A stretch of DNA of 63,921 nt, counting the filler. It is 7 parts of 7 records of this genome, joined end to end, with 100 filler letters (N's around TTAATTAATTAA, not from the genome) between each part and the next. Parts side by side here need not be neighbours in the genome. Positions count along the whole stretch, not along the records: positions 40,763 to 53,249 come from SRR31147125_3632; positions 53,350 to 63,921 come from SRR31147125_3636; 5 more parts are not named here. One strand, written 5' to 3'. Both the position numbers and the translations under genes were made by a program. Shown here piece by piece: positions 51,880-62,010 of this stretch. The notes beneath the pieces are model-generated. The model did no database searches. It saw only the letters and a list, made by a program, of their open reading frames with translations, and was not told the origin of the DNA. Positions within the stretch are counted from its first letter, which is position 1; every line of letters begins with the position of its first letter.

Positions 51880-52650
51880 ATGAAGAAAAAAATTGTATTT
51901 ACTATTATTTGTATGTTAACAATAAATTGTTTCGCATATAATGTAGTATCACTTACATCAGTAGATAAAATTAGGAGTTTTAATGGCAAAAGTGTTGAGC
52001 CGATAGTCTATAAAATTGAGGGTATTGATTTAAATAAACTTGAGGTAAAAAAGAAAAAAAATGAGTTTATAAAAGTTATGTTGCCATCAATACTATTAGT
52101 TAAAGAAGAATTGAGTAACATACAAAGTAAAGTTATGAAGCTAAGCAACAAGAGTTTATTGACTATTGAGGAGAAAAAATTTATTGAAGATTTGATGGAA
52201 AGATATAAAGTTAAAAATGACATTAGCGAGCTTATTAATAGACTAAATACTGTTCCGGTAGATTTAGTACTAGCTCAAGCAATTATTGAGAGTGGTTGGG
52301 GGACATCACGGTTTTTTAAAGAGGGAAATAACTGCTTTGGAGCTTGGACGTACAGGATGGACTTACCGAGAATAGAGTCAAAAGAAGGTGTTAGAAATGG
52401 TAAAAAAGTCTATCTTAGAAAATTCACAACAATAAAAGCAAGTGTTGAGAATCATTTTTATAATCTAGCAGTTGGCTCAGCATATACAGAGTTAAGAAAA
52501 GTTATAAATGAAACTGACAACTATCTAGAAATAACAAAAACATTGGGAGGTTACTCCGAAAAAGGAAATGAATACGGTAAATTTTTAAATAGTATAATTA
52601 AATATAATAAATTATCTAAGTATAATATGTATAGTTTGCTAAAAGGCTAA
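51880..52650 (+). CDS. Bax-like GH73 glucosaminidase domain protein
   Basis: LAQAIIESGWGTSRFFKEGNNCFG, YTELR, YSEKGNEY. Confidence 0.88.
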   Translation: MKKKIVFTIICMLTINCFAYNVVSLTSVDKIRSFNGKSVEPIVYKIEGIDLNKLEVKKKKNEFIKVMLPSILLVKEELSNIQSKVMKLSNKSLLTIEEKKFIEDLMERYKVKNDISELINRLNTVPVDLVLAQAIIESGWGTSRFFKEGNNCFGAWTYRMDLPRIESKEGVRNGKKVYLRKFTTIKASVENHFYNLAVGSAYTELRKVINETDNYLEITKTLGGYSEKGNEYGKFLNSIIKYNKLSKYNMYSLLKG

Positions 52651-52661
52651 ATGGAGGAGCA

Positions 52662-53249
52662 ATGAATTGTAAGTTATGTGGTTTTCAAGATACCTCAGCC
52701 TTTGTTGTGAAAAATAAAAGTTGGGAAAAAAATATTACTCATGTACTAAATGTAAGTTTGTATTTGCTGATGATAATGCAGTATTAAATGATACGGAACA
52801 GCTTGAAAGATATCAAATGCACAATAACAAAATTGATGATCCAACATATAGAAATTACTTTAAAAAATTTATTAAATATGCTTTTCCTGAGGTTAAGAAA
52901 ACTGCAAAGATACTCGATTTTGGTTCAGGTCCAGAACCAGTTTTGGCTGATGTTTTAAGAGAAATAGGGTATAATATAAGTATATATGATAAATTTTTTG
53001 CAGATAATGAAAGTGTTTTTTTGGATGAATATGATGTTATTATTTCAACTGAAGTTTTCGAACATCTTGAATACCCTCAAGAATATATTACAAAGTTATT
53101 AAAATCCTTAAAACAAAATGGTTATTTAATATTAATGACATGTTTTAACTCAAATAATTTTGATGAGTTTTCTAAGTGGTGGTATATCCAAGACCCCACT
53201 CATATATCGTTTTTTGCAGTAGATACTCTAAATTATTTATCTCAAAAAA
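52662..53249 (+). CDS. Zn-ribbon class I SAM methyltransferase; one-base frameshift in an A7 tract near 52726; truncated
   Basis: GGAGG RBS, MNCKLCG, then after the shift YYSCTKC; LDFGSGP, TEVFEH, WWYIQDPTHISFF. Confidence 0.85.
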
Positions 53250-53349
53250 NNNNNNNNNNNNNNNNNNNNNNNNNNNNNNNNNNNNNNNNNNNNTTAATTA
53301 ATTAANNNNNNNNNNNNNNNNNNNNNNNNNNNNNNNNNNNNNNNNNNNN
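53250..53349. other. Artificial contig spacer
   Basis: N44-TTAATTAATTAA-N44. Confidence 0.99.
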
Positions 53350-53574
53350 GAAACATTCATCAAATCCACTTGAATCATATAGATTAAACGCATCTCCATA
53401 ATTAGGGATTTTTAGTGTGTCCATCCTAGTTTGTTGAAATAAAAATTCTCTTCCTGTTTCCTTATTTATAAGTGAAGCCATTTTTGAGCCATATTCTGGT
53501 AAAAATTCTGCCCGTATTTTATCATTTTCAAGTATAACACTATTAACACCTTTATAAACTCCTTTTGATATCAT
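53350..53574 (-). CDS. Aldose-1-epimerase/galactose mutarotase-like protein, N-terminal fragment
   Basis: ILENDKIRAEFLPEYGSKMASL...GREFL...SGFDECF. Confidence 0.65.
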
Positions 53575-53616
53575 TAAAGCCTAGCCTCCCATATTATTTT
53601 TCATATTTAAAAAACT

Positions 53617-54816
53617 TTAAACTTTATGACTAAGTATTCTTTTACCTTTAAATAAATTTTCTAAAACCAAAGTAACAGCTCCAATAGTCGCTGCCTCTCG
53701 TTTTAACATTGCAGGTTTAATCTCAAGCTCCTCTTGTGTTGGCATAATTGCATATCTTTTTACTATTTCCATAATGTTTTTATACAAAAGGTCTGAAACG
53801 GCATTTAATTCACCTACAATAACTATCAACCTAGGGTTTAGTATATTAACAAATACAGATAATGCTTTTCCTATTGCCCTGGCTGTTTCTATAATAGTAT
53901 CTCTAGAGATCCTGTCTCCTTTTTGTGCAGCTACACATATCTTCTCAATATTCAATTCTGATTCATTTAAATACTTACTTTTTTCTCCGTTTAATAGTTT
54001 AAATCTCACTTTCTCTACAACAGCTCTATTTGACGCAATAGCTTCTAAACAACCATAATTTCCACAACTACACCTTTTAGTACTATGCTCCTCTACAACG
54101 ATATGTCCAATTTCACCAGCACTATAGTTTCTACCGTTATATAACTCTCCGTTTAGAACTATTCCCGAACCAACTCCGCCACTAATGTTTACTACAATAA
54201 AATCTTTTTCATCCTTTGCTGTTCCAAATTTACCCTCACCAACAGCCATAGCTCTAACATCATTATCTACAAGTACAGGTATTCCAAACTTCTCTTCATA
54301 TATTTTCTCAAGTTTTACTTTTCCCCATTCATAATGTGGTGAATAAAGTGATTCTCCTTTTTCAGAATCCACTATACCATTCATCGCTATACCTATACCA
54401 AATATTTCATCTTCAGAGTCGTCTATAACCTTAGTTAAAAGTGAAGTTAAAGAATCTAATATATATTTTTTATTTTTATTTAATAATTGAAACTCTGTTT
54501 CATATCTTATATTTCCATCTAGGTCACTTATAATTATCTCTATTTTTTTAGGCCCTAAATATACACCGATTACATTTGCTACTTGAGCATTTAGTTTAAG
54601 TAGTACTGGAGGTCTTCCTCCTGAAGTTACTCCCATACCAATCTCTTCTAAAATTCCTATTTTTAATAGCTTTTTAGTTGTTTTAGATATACTTGCTGGT
54701 GTAAGAGAAGTTATTTTAGCAACTTCTGCTCTAGATATAGGCCCTTTTGATCTAATCACTTCAAGTATTCCATTTATATTCATACTTTTAATTAAAGTGA
54801 AACTACCTTTTTCCAC
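53617..54816 (-). CDS. ROK family transcriptional repressor (XylR/NagC-like)
   Basis: GPISRAEVAKITSLT, SGGRPP, DNDVRA, GEIGH, CSCGNYGCLE. GTG start after AGGTGG. Confidence 0.93.
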   Translation of the reverse strand: MEKGSFTLIKSMNINGILEVIRSKGPISRAEVAKITSLTPASISKTTKKLLKIGILEEIGMGVTSGGRPPVLLKLNAQVANVIGVYLGPKKIEIIISDLDGNIRYETEFQLLNKNKKYILDSLTSLLTKVIDDSEDEIFGIGIAMNGIVDSEKGESLYSPHYEWGKVKLEKIYEEKFGIPVLVDNDVRAMAVGEGKFGTAKDEKDFIVVNISGGVGSGIVLNGELYNGRNYSAGEIGHIVVEEHSTKRCSCGNYGCLEAIASNRAVVEKVRFKLLNGEKSKYLNESELNIEKICVAAQKGDRISRDTIIETARAIGKALSVFVNILNPRLIVIVGELNAVSDLLYKNIMEIVKRYAIMPTQEELEIKPAMLKREAATIGAVTLVLENLFKGKRILSHKV

Positions 54817-54863
54817 TTTTCCACCTGCTTTCACGCTTATATCAGCAATTTATTCTATTCAAA

Positions 54864-55074
54864 ACTTAATTAACATAATTAACTTGTTTCTTTTTGAAAT
54901 TTAACATTCACTTTCAAAACACTTTTCTTATATTACGCCTTTAGTATAACTTGCAATCACCGCTAGGGTCAAGTTCATTTTATTTTATACAACAGACTTT
55001 GTTAACTTCGTTAACTTAATTCATCTAAGGCTTTATTTTCAGACTTTTAGAAAAGTAACTTAGTTAACTAAGTT
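54864..55074 (-). promoter_or_regulatory. Promoter (TTGACC-N18-TATACT, 54972-54943) with three related putative ROK operators
   Basis: ACTTAATTAACATAATTAACTT (54864), ACTTTGTTAACTTCGTTAACTT (54996) and the perfect palindrome AACTTAGTTAACTAAGTT (55057-55074). Confidence 0.6.
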
Positions 55075-55217
55075 GAAAAATTATATTAATCACAAAATTA
55101 TATTCTACCTACATATATGCGTGGTATATACTTTATTTATTTAGCATATGAGGTTGGAGTCACTTTCGAAGATATCTTGAAATTTTTATTATATCTCGCT
55201 AGTTTTATATTTTTGAC

Positions 55218-55250
55218 AAATAAAAATGAACTACCGAAGCAGTCCGTTTT
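55218..55250 (-). terminator. Intrinsic terminator with UUCG loop
   Basis: Minus strand AACGGACTGC-TTCG-GTAGTTCATT-TTTATTT directly after the permease stop. Confidence 0.75.
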
Positions 55251-55252
55251 TA

Positions 55253-56539
55253 TTATAAATATCTAATTCCTAAATAAATGGTCGATAGTATCATTGATTC
55301 AAGAGTTATAATCATTCCATATTTTATAAATCTCCCAAAGCTAATTTTTTCCCCTGATTTTGCGGATACATTGACTCCAACTATATTGGCTGCTGATGCC
55401 ACGAGAGTTAAATTTCCTCCAAGGCAAGCACCCATAGATAGTGACCACCACAGAATTTGTGTATTAACTCCGTGAAAATGCTCAAGCATAATATGGATAA
55501 TTTTTGAAAATGTTACTGTATGTGATACATTTCCTAATATCCCAGTTGATAGTGCTGAAAACCATAGCACAAATATATTTGCATTTTTAAAGTCCCCATC
55601 TAAGCCTTCAAGTATTTTTTCACCTAAAAATTCAATAAAATTAAGTTCCTCCACACCTTTTACTAATATAAATAACCCAATAAAGAAAAACAGTGTATCC
55701 CATTCTACCTCTTTAAATGCATCATGTGGTGTTTTTTTTATTATTATTGCTAATAACACAGCGCCACTTACTGCAATAATTGCAAGTCCTATATGAAAAA
55801 TCTGATTTGTTAAAAATCCAACAATTACAAGGAAAAATATAAGCAATGCTCTTTTTATTAATAATTTATCTTGCAATGCTCTATTTGCATCAAGCTCCAT
55901 TATTCTCGCTTTTAAATCTCTTGAAACCTTCATTTTTCTTCCAAACATAAAATAAAAAGTTGCAATCATAACGAACATATTAATTATAATAAGCGGACTT
56001 AAATGAATCAAAAAGTCATTAAAACCAAGTCCCGATTCACTACCTATAATTAGATTTGGCGGATCCCCAATTAGTGTCGCTCCACCACCAATATTAGATG
56101 CCATAATCTCAGCTAGTAGAAATGGAAAAGCATTTAACTCTAATTGTTTCGCAAGTAATATCGATACAGGTGCCATTAGAAGTATCGTCGTTACATTATC
56201 TAAAAATGCTGAAAATACAGCTGTCAATATTGCCAGTAACGCTAATAATGCAAACGGTTCTCCACGGACAAACTGAGCCATCTTAATAGCAAACCATTGA
56301 AACAATCCAGTTTCACCTAAAACACTTACAATTATCATCATTCCCATTAGTAGGAAGATTATCTCCAGATTATGAGAAACAGCCTCAAAAGCCTCATGTT
56401 CATCGATTATTCCCGATACAACCATCAGCAAACCGCCACCAAGCGAAGACCAGGCTGCTGGTACTTTTTCGGTTACAATCAGGTAAAAAGTAGTAATAAA
56501 AACAATCGTTCCAATCATCAAATGAAAAGTAAACTCCAT
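55253..56539 (-). CDS. ArsB/NhaD-superfamily (P-protein-like) permease, paralog 2
   Basis: FSAFLDNVTT, SNIGGGATLIGDPPN, GACLGGN...SAAN. AGGAGG RBS supports start 56539. Confidence 0.9.
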   Translation of the reverse strand: MEFTFHLMIGTIVFITTFYLIVTEKVPAAWSSLGGGLLMVVSGIIDEHEAFEAVSHNLEIIFLLMGMMIIVSVLGETGLFQWFAIKMAQFVRGEPFALLALLAILTAVFSAFLDNVTTILLMAPVSILLAKQLELNAFPFLLAEIMASNIGGGATLIGDPPNLIIGSESGLGFNDFLIHLSPLIIINMFVMIATFYFMFGRKMKVSRDLKARIMELDANRALQDKLLIKRALLIFFLVIVGFLTNQIFHIGLAIIAVSGAVLLAIIIKKTPHDAFKEVEWDTLFFFIGLFILVKGVEELNFIEFLGEKILEGLDGDFKNANIFVLWFSALSTGILGNVSHTVTFSKIIHIMLEHFHGVNTQILWWSLSMGACLGGNLTLVASAANIVGVNVSAKSGEKISFGRFIKYGMIITLESMILSTIYLGIRYL

Positions 56540-56650
56540 AACTATCCTCCTATACTTATACACCCTACCATTCTATTAATTCAACTCAATCACGATTAAA
56601 TTATCTAATTCAGAAATAAAGAGGCTCTAAGCCTCTTTTCTTTTATAATA

Positions 56651-57568
56651 TTAAATATGTAACACTTTTTTTATTATGTCTTTTCTCTCTATCATACCTA
56701 AATATTTGCCATCCTCAACAACGTATATTCTAGTATTTCCTTGCGTAACCATTAAATAACTTAACTCCATAATTCCCGTTTTTCTCTCAACAGTCATAGG
56801 TTTTTTTCTGTATAATTCTCCTACAGTTACTTTACTTTCATTCTTGAAGTAATCTTCAAATGGTTCTCCAACTGCCATGAAACTTAAATCTTGGAATAAA
56901 GATGCATATTTCGGCATCCCAAACTCTATTAATTCTCTAACAGTTATCTCTCCAGCAAAATTCCCAAAATCATCTAACACAGGTATTCCACTTCTATTAT
57001 CCTGAATAAGTCTTGTTGCAACCTCTTCAAGTGTTTGATTAAAACCTACAGCTTCAATACTTTTTTCCATTATATCTTCAGCTGTAATTTTGTCTTTCAC
57101 TTCTTTTTCATATTTTTTGATAATTTTAAATATTTCAACAACATTATCTGTTGCAATATTGTCCTGAAACTCTCTTTGCATAGCTAACTTACTAACAGAT
57201 GACATTAGTTTAAGCATCAATTTATTTTTTGTTTTCCCAGCAACAATTAAAACCATATATTTAATTTCATCACTCTTATTCATCGCAGGAATATCATACT
57301 TTATAGGATTTTTAAGTTTTACAAAAGCTACCAATACATCGTCATAACCCTGAATCCTAGCATGTGGTACCACGAAGTGGTTTCCTATAGCAGTTGGAAT
57401 TTCATGCTCTCTTTTTAAAACAGCAGTTTTAGCTTCCCCTTTAATGGAGTTAATCAGCTTATCGACTTTCGCAACTCTCTCAATTACCTCTTCTATTGCT
57501 TCATCAACGGTATTCACATCTAACTCAGTATACATCAGTTTTTCTGAAAGATAAGTTGATAGTTTCAT
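56651..57568 (-). CDS. PTS EIIA (Ntr/Fru-type) domain fused to a CBS pair
   Basis: REHEIPTAIGNHFVVPHAR (phospho-acceptor His), then TAEDIM...GIPVLDD...GEIT and IYVVEDGKYLGMI. Confidence 0.88.
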   Translation of the reverse strand: MKLSTYLSEKLMYTELDVNTVDEAIEEVIERVAKVDKLINSIKGEAKTAVLKREHEIPTAIGNHFVVPHARIQGYDDVLVAFVKLKNPIKYDIPAMNKSDEIKYMVLIVAGKTKNKLMLKLMSSVSKLAMQREFQDNIATDNVVEIFKIIKKYEKEVKDKITAEDIMEKSIEAVGFNQTLEEVATRLIQDNRSGIPVLDDFGNFAGEITVRELIEFGMPKYASLFQDLSFMAVGEPFEDYFKNESKVTVGELYRKKPMTVERKTGIMELSYLMVTQGNTRIYVVEDGKYLGMIERKDIIKKVLHI

Positions 57569-57763
57569 TTTACGCCTCCTTATATCTTCATAAAGCTTCG
57601 TTTATTTATTTTATATTGTTTACGAATCAATTCTTATTCAATTATACAATACCTTTTAATAATAAACAAATTTCAAACAAACAAATTTATATAGTTAAAA
57701 TACTGAATTTGAACTTGCATAATTTGTTTTTTATTTAATTCGGGCTATTAAGCAAAACTCTTG

Positions 57764-59062
57764 TTAAAGATATCTAATTAGTAGGTAAATATTACTTACT
57801 ACAACTGTTAAAAACGTTACAAGTGCTCCGTACTTCAAAAATCTCATAAATGAAATTTCATGCCCACTTTTTGCTGCTATACTTGCTGCAACAACATTTG
57901 CTGAAGCACCAACTAATGTCCCATTTCCACCTAAACAAGCTCCCATAGATAATGCCCACCAAAGTGCATACGTAATTGACTGTTTAGGAATTTCAGGATT
58001 TAACTTTATAAGGTTTGGAATCAATTCATCCTGAATCATAGGTATAAGTGTCGCCGTATATGGTATATTATCAACTATTGCTGAAGTCACTGCCGAAAGC
58101 CACAAAATAAATATTGATGTCATTTTTAAGCTCCCCTGAGTAAACATTAGAGCTTTATCAGCCATTATTTTAATAACTCCTACTTCTACTACACCCTCTA
58201 CTAGTATAAATAGACCAATAAAGAAAAATAAAGTTTTCCACTCTACAGTTTTAAATACCTCTTCTGGATCCTGTTTAGCAATAATCATCAAAAGGACTGC
58301 TCCCATTAATGAAATTACTGAAGGTCCTATATTAGTTACTGAATGTGTTAAAAATCCTAAGATAACTAAACCCATACAGATAGACGATTTAATTAATATA
58401 TCTTTCTCTTTTAGGGCTCTATTCGGATCAATCTCCATAATACTTGCTTTTAAATCTCTTGATACATGTAATTTTTTACCAAATAAAAACCACACGACTA
58501 TAATTAAAACTACTAGATTTACTAGAACCATTGGTCCTAAATTAACTAAAAATTCATTAAATGAGATGCCTGCAGCAGTCCCGATTAAAATATTTGGCGG
58601 ATCTCCAATTAATGTTGCTGTTCCACCAATATTTGAAGCAAGTACCTCTGCGATGATAAATGGAATAGAGTCTAACTTCATCTGTTCGGCTAATATCATT
58701 GAAACTGGTGCTATTAACATTATTGTAGTTACATTATCAAGAAATGCTGAAAATACAGCAGTTACAACTATTAGTAAAACCAACAAAGGAAATGGTTCCC
58801 CTTTAACAAGCTGCGCCATTTTGATTGCAACCCACTGGAATATACCGGTTTCTGACATAACATGAACTATTATCATCATTCCAACCAAAAGGAAAATAAC
58901 ATCAAGTTCTATTGCTTCAAATGCCTTCTCCTCTTCCACTATACCGACTAGAACCATGAGCAAACCACCAAATAACGCTGTTAATGTATTTGGTAGCTTC
59001 TCCGAAACAATTACAATAAAGGTTATCACAAAAATTATGACAGCCAAAACTAAATGTTCCAT
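57764..59062 (-). CDS. ArsB/NhaD-superfamily (P-protein-like) permease, paralog 1
   Basis: FSAFLDNVTT, SNIGGTATLIGDPPN, SAIVDNIPY, GACLGGNGTLVGASAN. Confidence 0.92.
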   Translation of the reverse strand: MEHLVLAVIIFVITFIVIVSEKLPNTLTALFGGLLMVLVGIVEEEKAFEAIELDVIFLLVGMMIIVHVMSETGIFQWVAIKMAQLVKGEPFPLLVLLIVVTAVFSAFLDNVTTIMLIAPVSMILAEQMKLDSIPFIIAEVLASNIGGTATLIGDPPNILIGTAAGISFNEFLVNLGPMVLVNLVVLIIVVWFLFGKKLHVSRDLKASIMEIDPNRALKEKDILIKSSICMGLVILGFLTHSVTNIGPSVISLMGAVLLMIIAKQDPEEVFKTVEWKTLFFFIGLFILVEGVVEVGVIKIMADKALMFTQGSLKMTSIFILWLSAVTSAIVDNIPYTATLIPMIQDELIPNLIKLNPEIPKQSITYALWWALSMGACLGGNGTLVGASANVVAASIAAKSGHEISFMRFLKYGALVTFLTVVVSNIYLLIRYL

Positions 59063-59100
59063 TTTGTACCTCCTAATAAAAATTTAATATTTAAAAAATT

Positions 59101-59170
59101 TACGCACAGATCAAATATGGCTGAGTTGTGGCTAGTAGCTATTTTTTATTTAAACTAAATTCCCAACCTA
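59101..59170 (-). ncRNA. Candidate structured cis-regulatory leader of the permease operon
   Basis: GC-richer island in an AT-rich 5' UTR. GGUUGGG pairs with CUCAGCC; alternatively UAGGU pairs with AUCUG. Confidence 0.3.
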
Positions 59171-59454
59171 ACAAATACAACTTTTATCGATAATTACTTT
59201 ATTAACTATTTTACAATATATTTTAACACTTAAATCAGTTTCTTCAAAATAATTGTTTGAATCTTATGTTAAATATACAGCTGATGACAAACTTCGTCAA
59301 TCATAGTTATTGATTTATATTTATCGAACTATTTATCTAGAACACGAATTGAATAACTCGCGATGTTTTTTCTTAAACATCGCATAATTTATTTTTATTA
59401 AAAGTTACATTTCGATATCAATACTAAATAAATCAGTTTTACACACCTTTAATC

Positions 59455-59513
59455 AGGGGGACAGAAAAGTATGCAAAATCAATAAGTTGAAAATGGACTT
59501 TTCAGTCACCCCT
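59455..59513. mobile_element. 59-bp MITE-like element / IS end remnant
   Basis: AGGGGGACAGAAAAGT...ACTTTTCAGTCACCCCT terminal inverted repeats, no ORF inside. Confidence 0.5.
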
Positions 59514-59719
59514 TTCATCCTAAATCTATTTTTTGTTTGTATTATAGTTTTCAGAATCTGTATTATTTATTTCCAAAATTAATATACATACATTTTTTAT
59601 TTTATTTTTCCGTTTATTGATAAATATCCCCAAAAAGTTACTTGTAGGTTGTATACTTTTGTGGACTGAATGCGCTTTTTATATATCAATATTATAATAA
59701 GAAACTAGGGGGACAAAAA

Positions 59720-61711
59720 ATGCTAAAAAAATTAAAAATTAAACAAAAGCTTTACTTATCTTCTGGAGTTACACTGCTATTTATCATCTGTATCGGGGTT
59801 GCAGCTATAACAATATTGGACAGTGTTATTCATAAAACATTTCCAATTGATAAAGCACTAACTAATGTTAAAACATCTGAAAAAACAGCAATGTTTAAAA
59901 TCAGTCAATTTTTTCTAAAAGACACAACAAACGAAGAGTTTTATATTAGTGGAGAAAGTGCAAATGTTAACAGCTTTAACGAAAATATTGATTTAGCTCT
60001 TAAAAATCTTAATTTTCTTTTAGAATCTAAAATAATTCAAAAAAATCCTGAGATTAGCAATGAGATATCTCCTGTAATTGGATTGTATCAGGATTATAAA
60101 AACCTTACATCAAAACGAGTTCAGCTATCTAAGGAAAAAGGTTATTTAACTCATGGTCATATGGGAACTTTGAAGATTATAAGTAATAAACTCGAAAATA
60201 GTTCTGTTATTTCAAACAATAGAGTACTAAAAATCCAATTATTGATGTTAAGAAGACATGAAAAAGATTATTTCCTAAGAGGAGATAAAAAATATTATAA
60301 CAAGGCTATAGATACTGCCAACGACCTTAAAACAATTATAAGCGAAAGAGTCAATTCAAGTGAAAAAACTGAATTGTTAGATAAAATAAACCAATATACA
60401 CAAGCTTTTAACAAAGTAGTAATTGCAGATGATGAGATTATTAAACTTACAAACCAAAGCTTAGCTTTGATGTCTCAAGTACCAGTTCATGGTGAAAAAA
60501 TATTTGTTCAATTAGATAAAATAATCGAACACAGAAATAGTGAAGCTAAAATTATTATCTATGGTTTTGCCATTTCAGCACTATTATTATCATTATTTCT
60601 ACAGACATATATCGCTAAACTTATTTCAAAACCTATCTCAATTGTAAGTGGCGTTCTAAACACTACAGCAGGTTTAGACCTTACAGCACAACCATCATAT
60701 AATAAGTATGTAGAGTATAAAAATGAGATTGGAATGATGGCATCTGCGCTAAAGGTTATGAGGGAAGAACTTAGAGGTATGGCTGGAATCATAAAAGATA
60801 GTTCAACTACAATTAATCTTCATAGTGAGGAGTTAGCATCATCATCAGAGGAGATGGCTTCAACTACAAGAACTATCGCTGAAGCGATGACAGATATTTC
60901 ACGAAACAATGAAAGTTCTTCAACTCAGCTATACTCTATATCGGAAGCGATGAAGGAATTTGATTCTGCAATGGATGAGATGCTAAATAAAATTGAAGAT
61001 ATTGAAGCTGCTTCTGAAAGTATGCATAATATGGCTATTAAGAGTAATAAAAACATGCAAACTACAAAACATTCTATTGAAAACGTAGAAAAAATGTTTA
61101 CAGAATTTTCTTCTAAAATAAATCATTTAGCAGGAGAGATTAATAAAATCAGTAATATTACTGGTACATTAAGCGATATTTCAGATCAGACAAATCTACT
61201 GGCACTTAATGCTTCTATTGAAGCCGCTAGAGCTGGAGAACACGGTAGAGGTTTTGCTATTGTTGCCGATGAAGTTAGAAAACTTGCTGAGCTCTCTATG
61301 GAATCATCTGATAATATTAATAACCTTATTAGTAATATATCAGGTGAAGCTGGTATAATTATTGAAACTACCAAAGAAGTAAATTTAGAACTAAATAAAC
61401 AATTTGACGGAGTAAATGCTGGAATTGATGCTTTCTCTGAAATTGTAAATAATGTTTCTAATACAAAAGAACAAGTTAGTGATTTAGCGATTTTAACGAA
61501 CTCAATTGGTGATAGTAAAGGAGATATCATTGTAAAGGTAGAATCAGTTACTGATTTCTCAAAAACTAACACTGCATCCTCTGAGGAAGTCTCTGCTTCT
61601 TCCGAAGAGCTAACATTTGCAATGGAAAAAGTCGCTAACACTGCATCTAGTCTAACTAGAATGACTGAGAACATGTTAAGCCATGCTAATAAGTTTAAAC
61701 TACAAGATTAA
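59720..61711 (+). CDS. Methyl-accepting chemotaxis protein
   Basis: Two TM segments, periplasmic [14 protein letters not shown] motif, [39 protein letters not shown]. Confidence 0.95.
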   Translation: MLKKLKIKQKLYLSSGVTLLFIICIGVAAITILDSVIHKTFPIDKALTNVKTSEKTAMFKISQFFLKDTTNEEFYISGESANVNSFNENIDLALKNLNFLLESKIIQKNPEISNEISPVIGLYQDYKNLTSKRVQLSKEKGYLTHGHMGTLKIISNKLENSSVISNNRVLKIQLLMLRRHEKDYFLRGDKKYYNKAIDTANDLKTIISERVNSSEKTELLDKINQYTQAFNKVVIADDEIIKLTNQSLALMSQVPVHGEKIFVQLDKIIEHRNSEAKIIIYGFAISALLLSLFLQTYIAKLISKPISIVSGVLNTTAGLDLTAQPSYNKYVEYKNEIGMMASALKVMREELRGMAGIIKDSSTTINLHSEELASSSEEMASTTRTIAEAMTDISRNNESSSTQLYSISEAMKEFDSAMDEMLNKIEDIEAASESMHNMAIKSNKNMQTTKHSIENVEKMFTEFSSKINHLAGEINKISNITGTLSDISDQTNLLALNASIEAARAGEHGRGFAIVADEVRKLAELSMESSDNINNLISNISGEAGIIIETTKEVNLELNKQFDGVNAGIDAFSEIVNNVSNTKEQVSDLAILTNSIGDSKGDIIVKVESVTDFSKTNTASSEEVSASSEELTFAMEKVANTASSLTRMTENMLSHANKFKLQD

Positions 61712-62010
61712 TTAGATAATAAAATAAATCTTCTAAAAAGGATATGCCTATTTGGCCTTTTTGTTTAAAGATTATTTCGTTTTTCACATAAAGTTTATAT
61801 ACAAAAAATCATCTTATATACTCTATCTATTCCCAAATGTTGCAAATAGATAGTTCTCTTATTGACTTTTAGGTCAATAACCGAAAGTAGTTTTTTACAC
61901 CTTTATTTACTTAATTTTTGAATATTTCTTTCTAATCTAAACTTAAGAAAATTCACATATTATTCACATAGTTTTGTTAGTATTTTTTATAATATAGAGG
62001 AGGTTGTTAA

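Noticed and set aside
6872-53349. Repeated TTAATTAATTAA as a biological repeat, and any gene linkage across spacers
   Set aside because: Identical N44-linker-N44 blocks give stops in all six frames and are assembly joins. Flanking contigs differ in composition and promoter type, so no cross-contig operon can be inferred.
61858-61880. FNR site in the TTATTGAC...GTCAATAA palindrome between the MCP genes
   Set aside because: Half-sites and spacing (TTGAC-N6-GTCAA) do not fit TTGAT-N4-ATCAA; it remains an unassigned inverted repeat.
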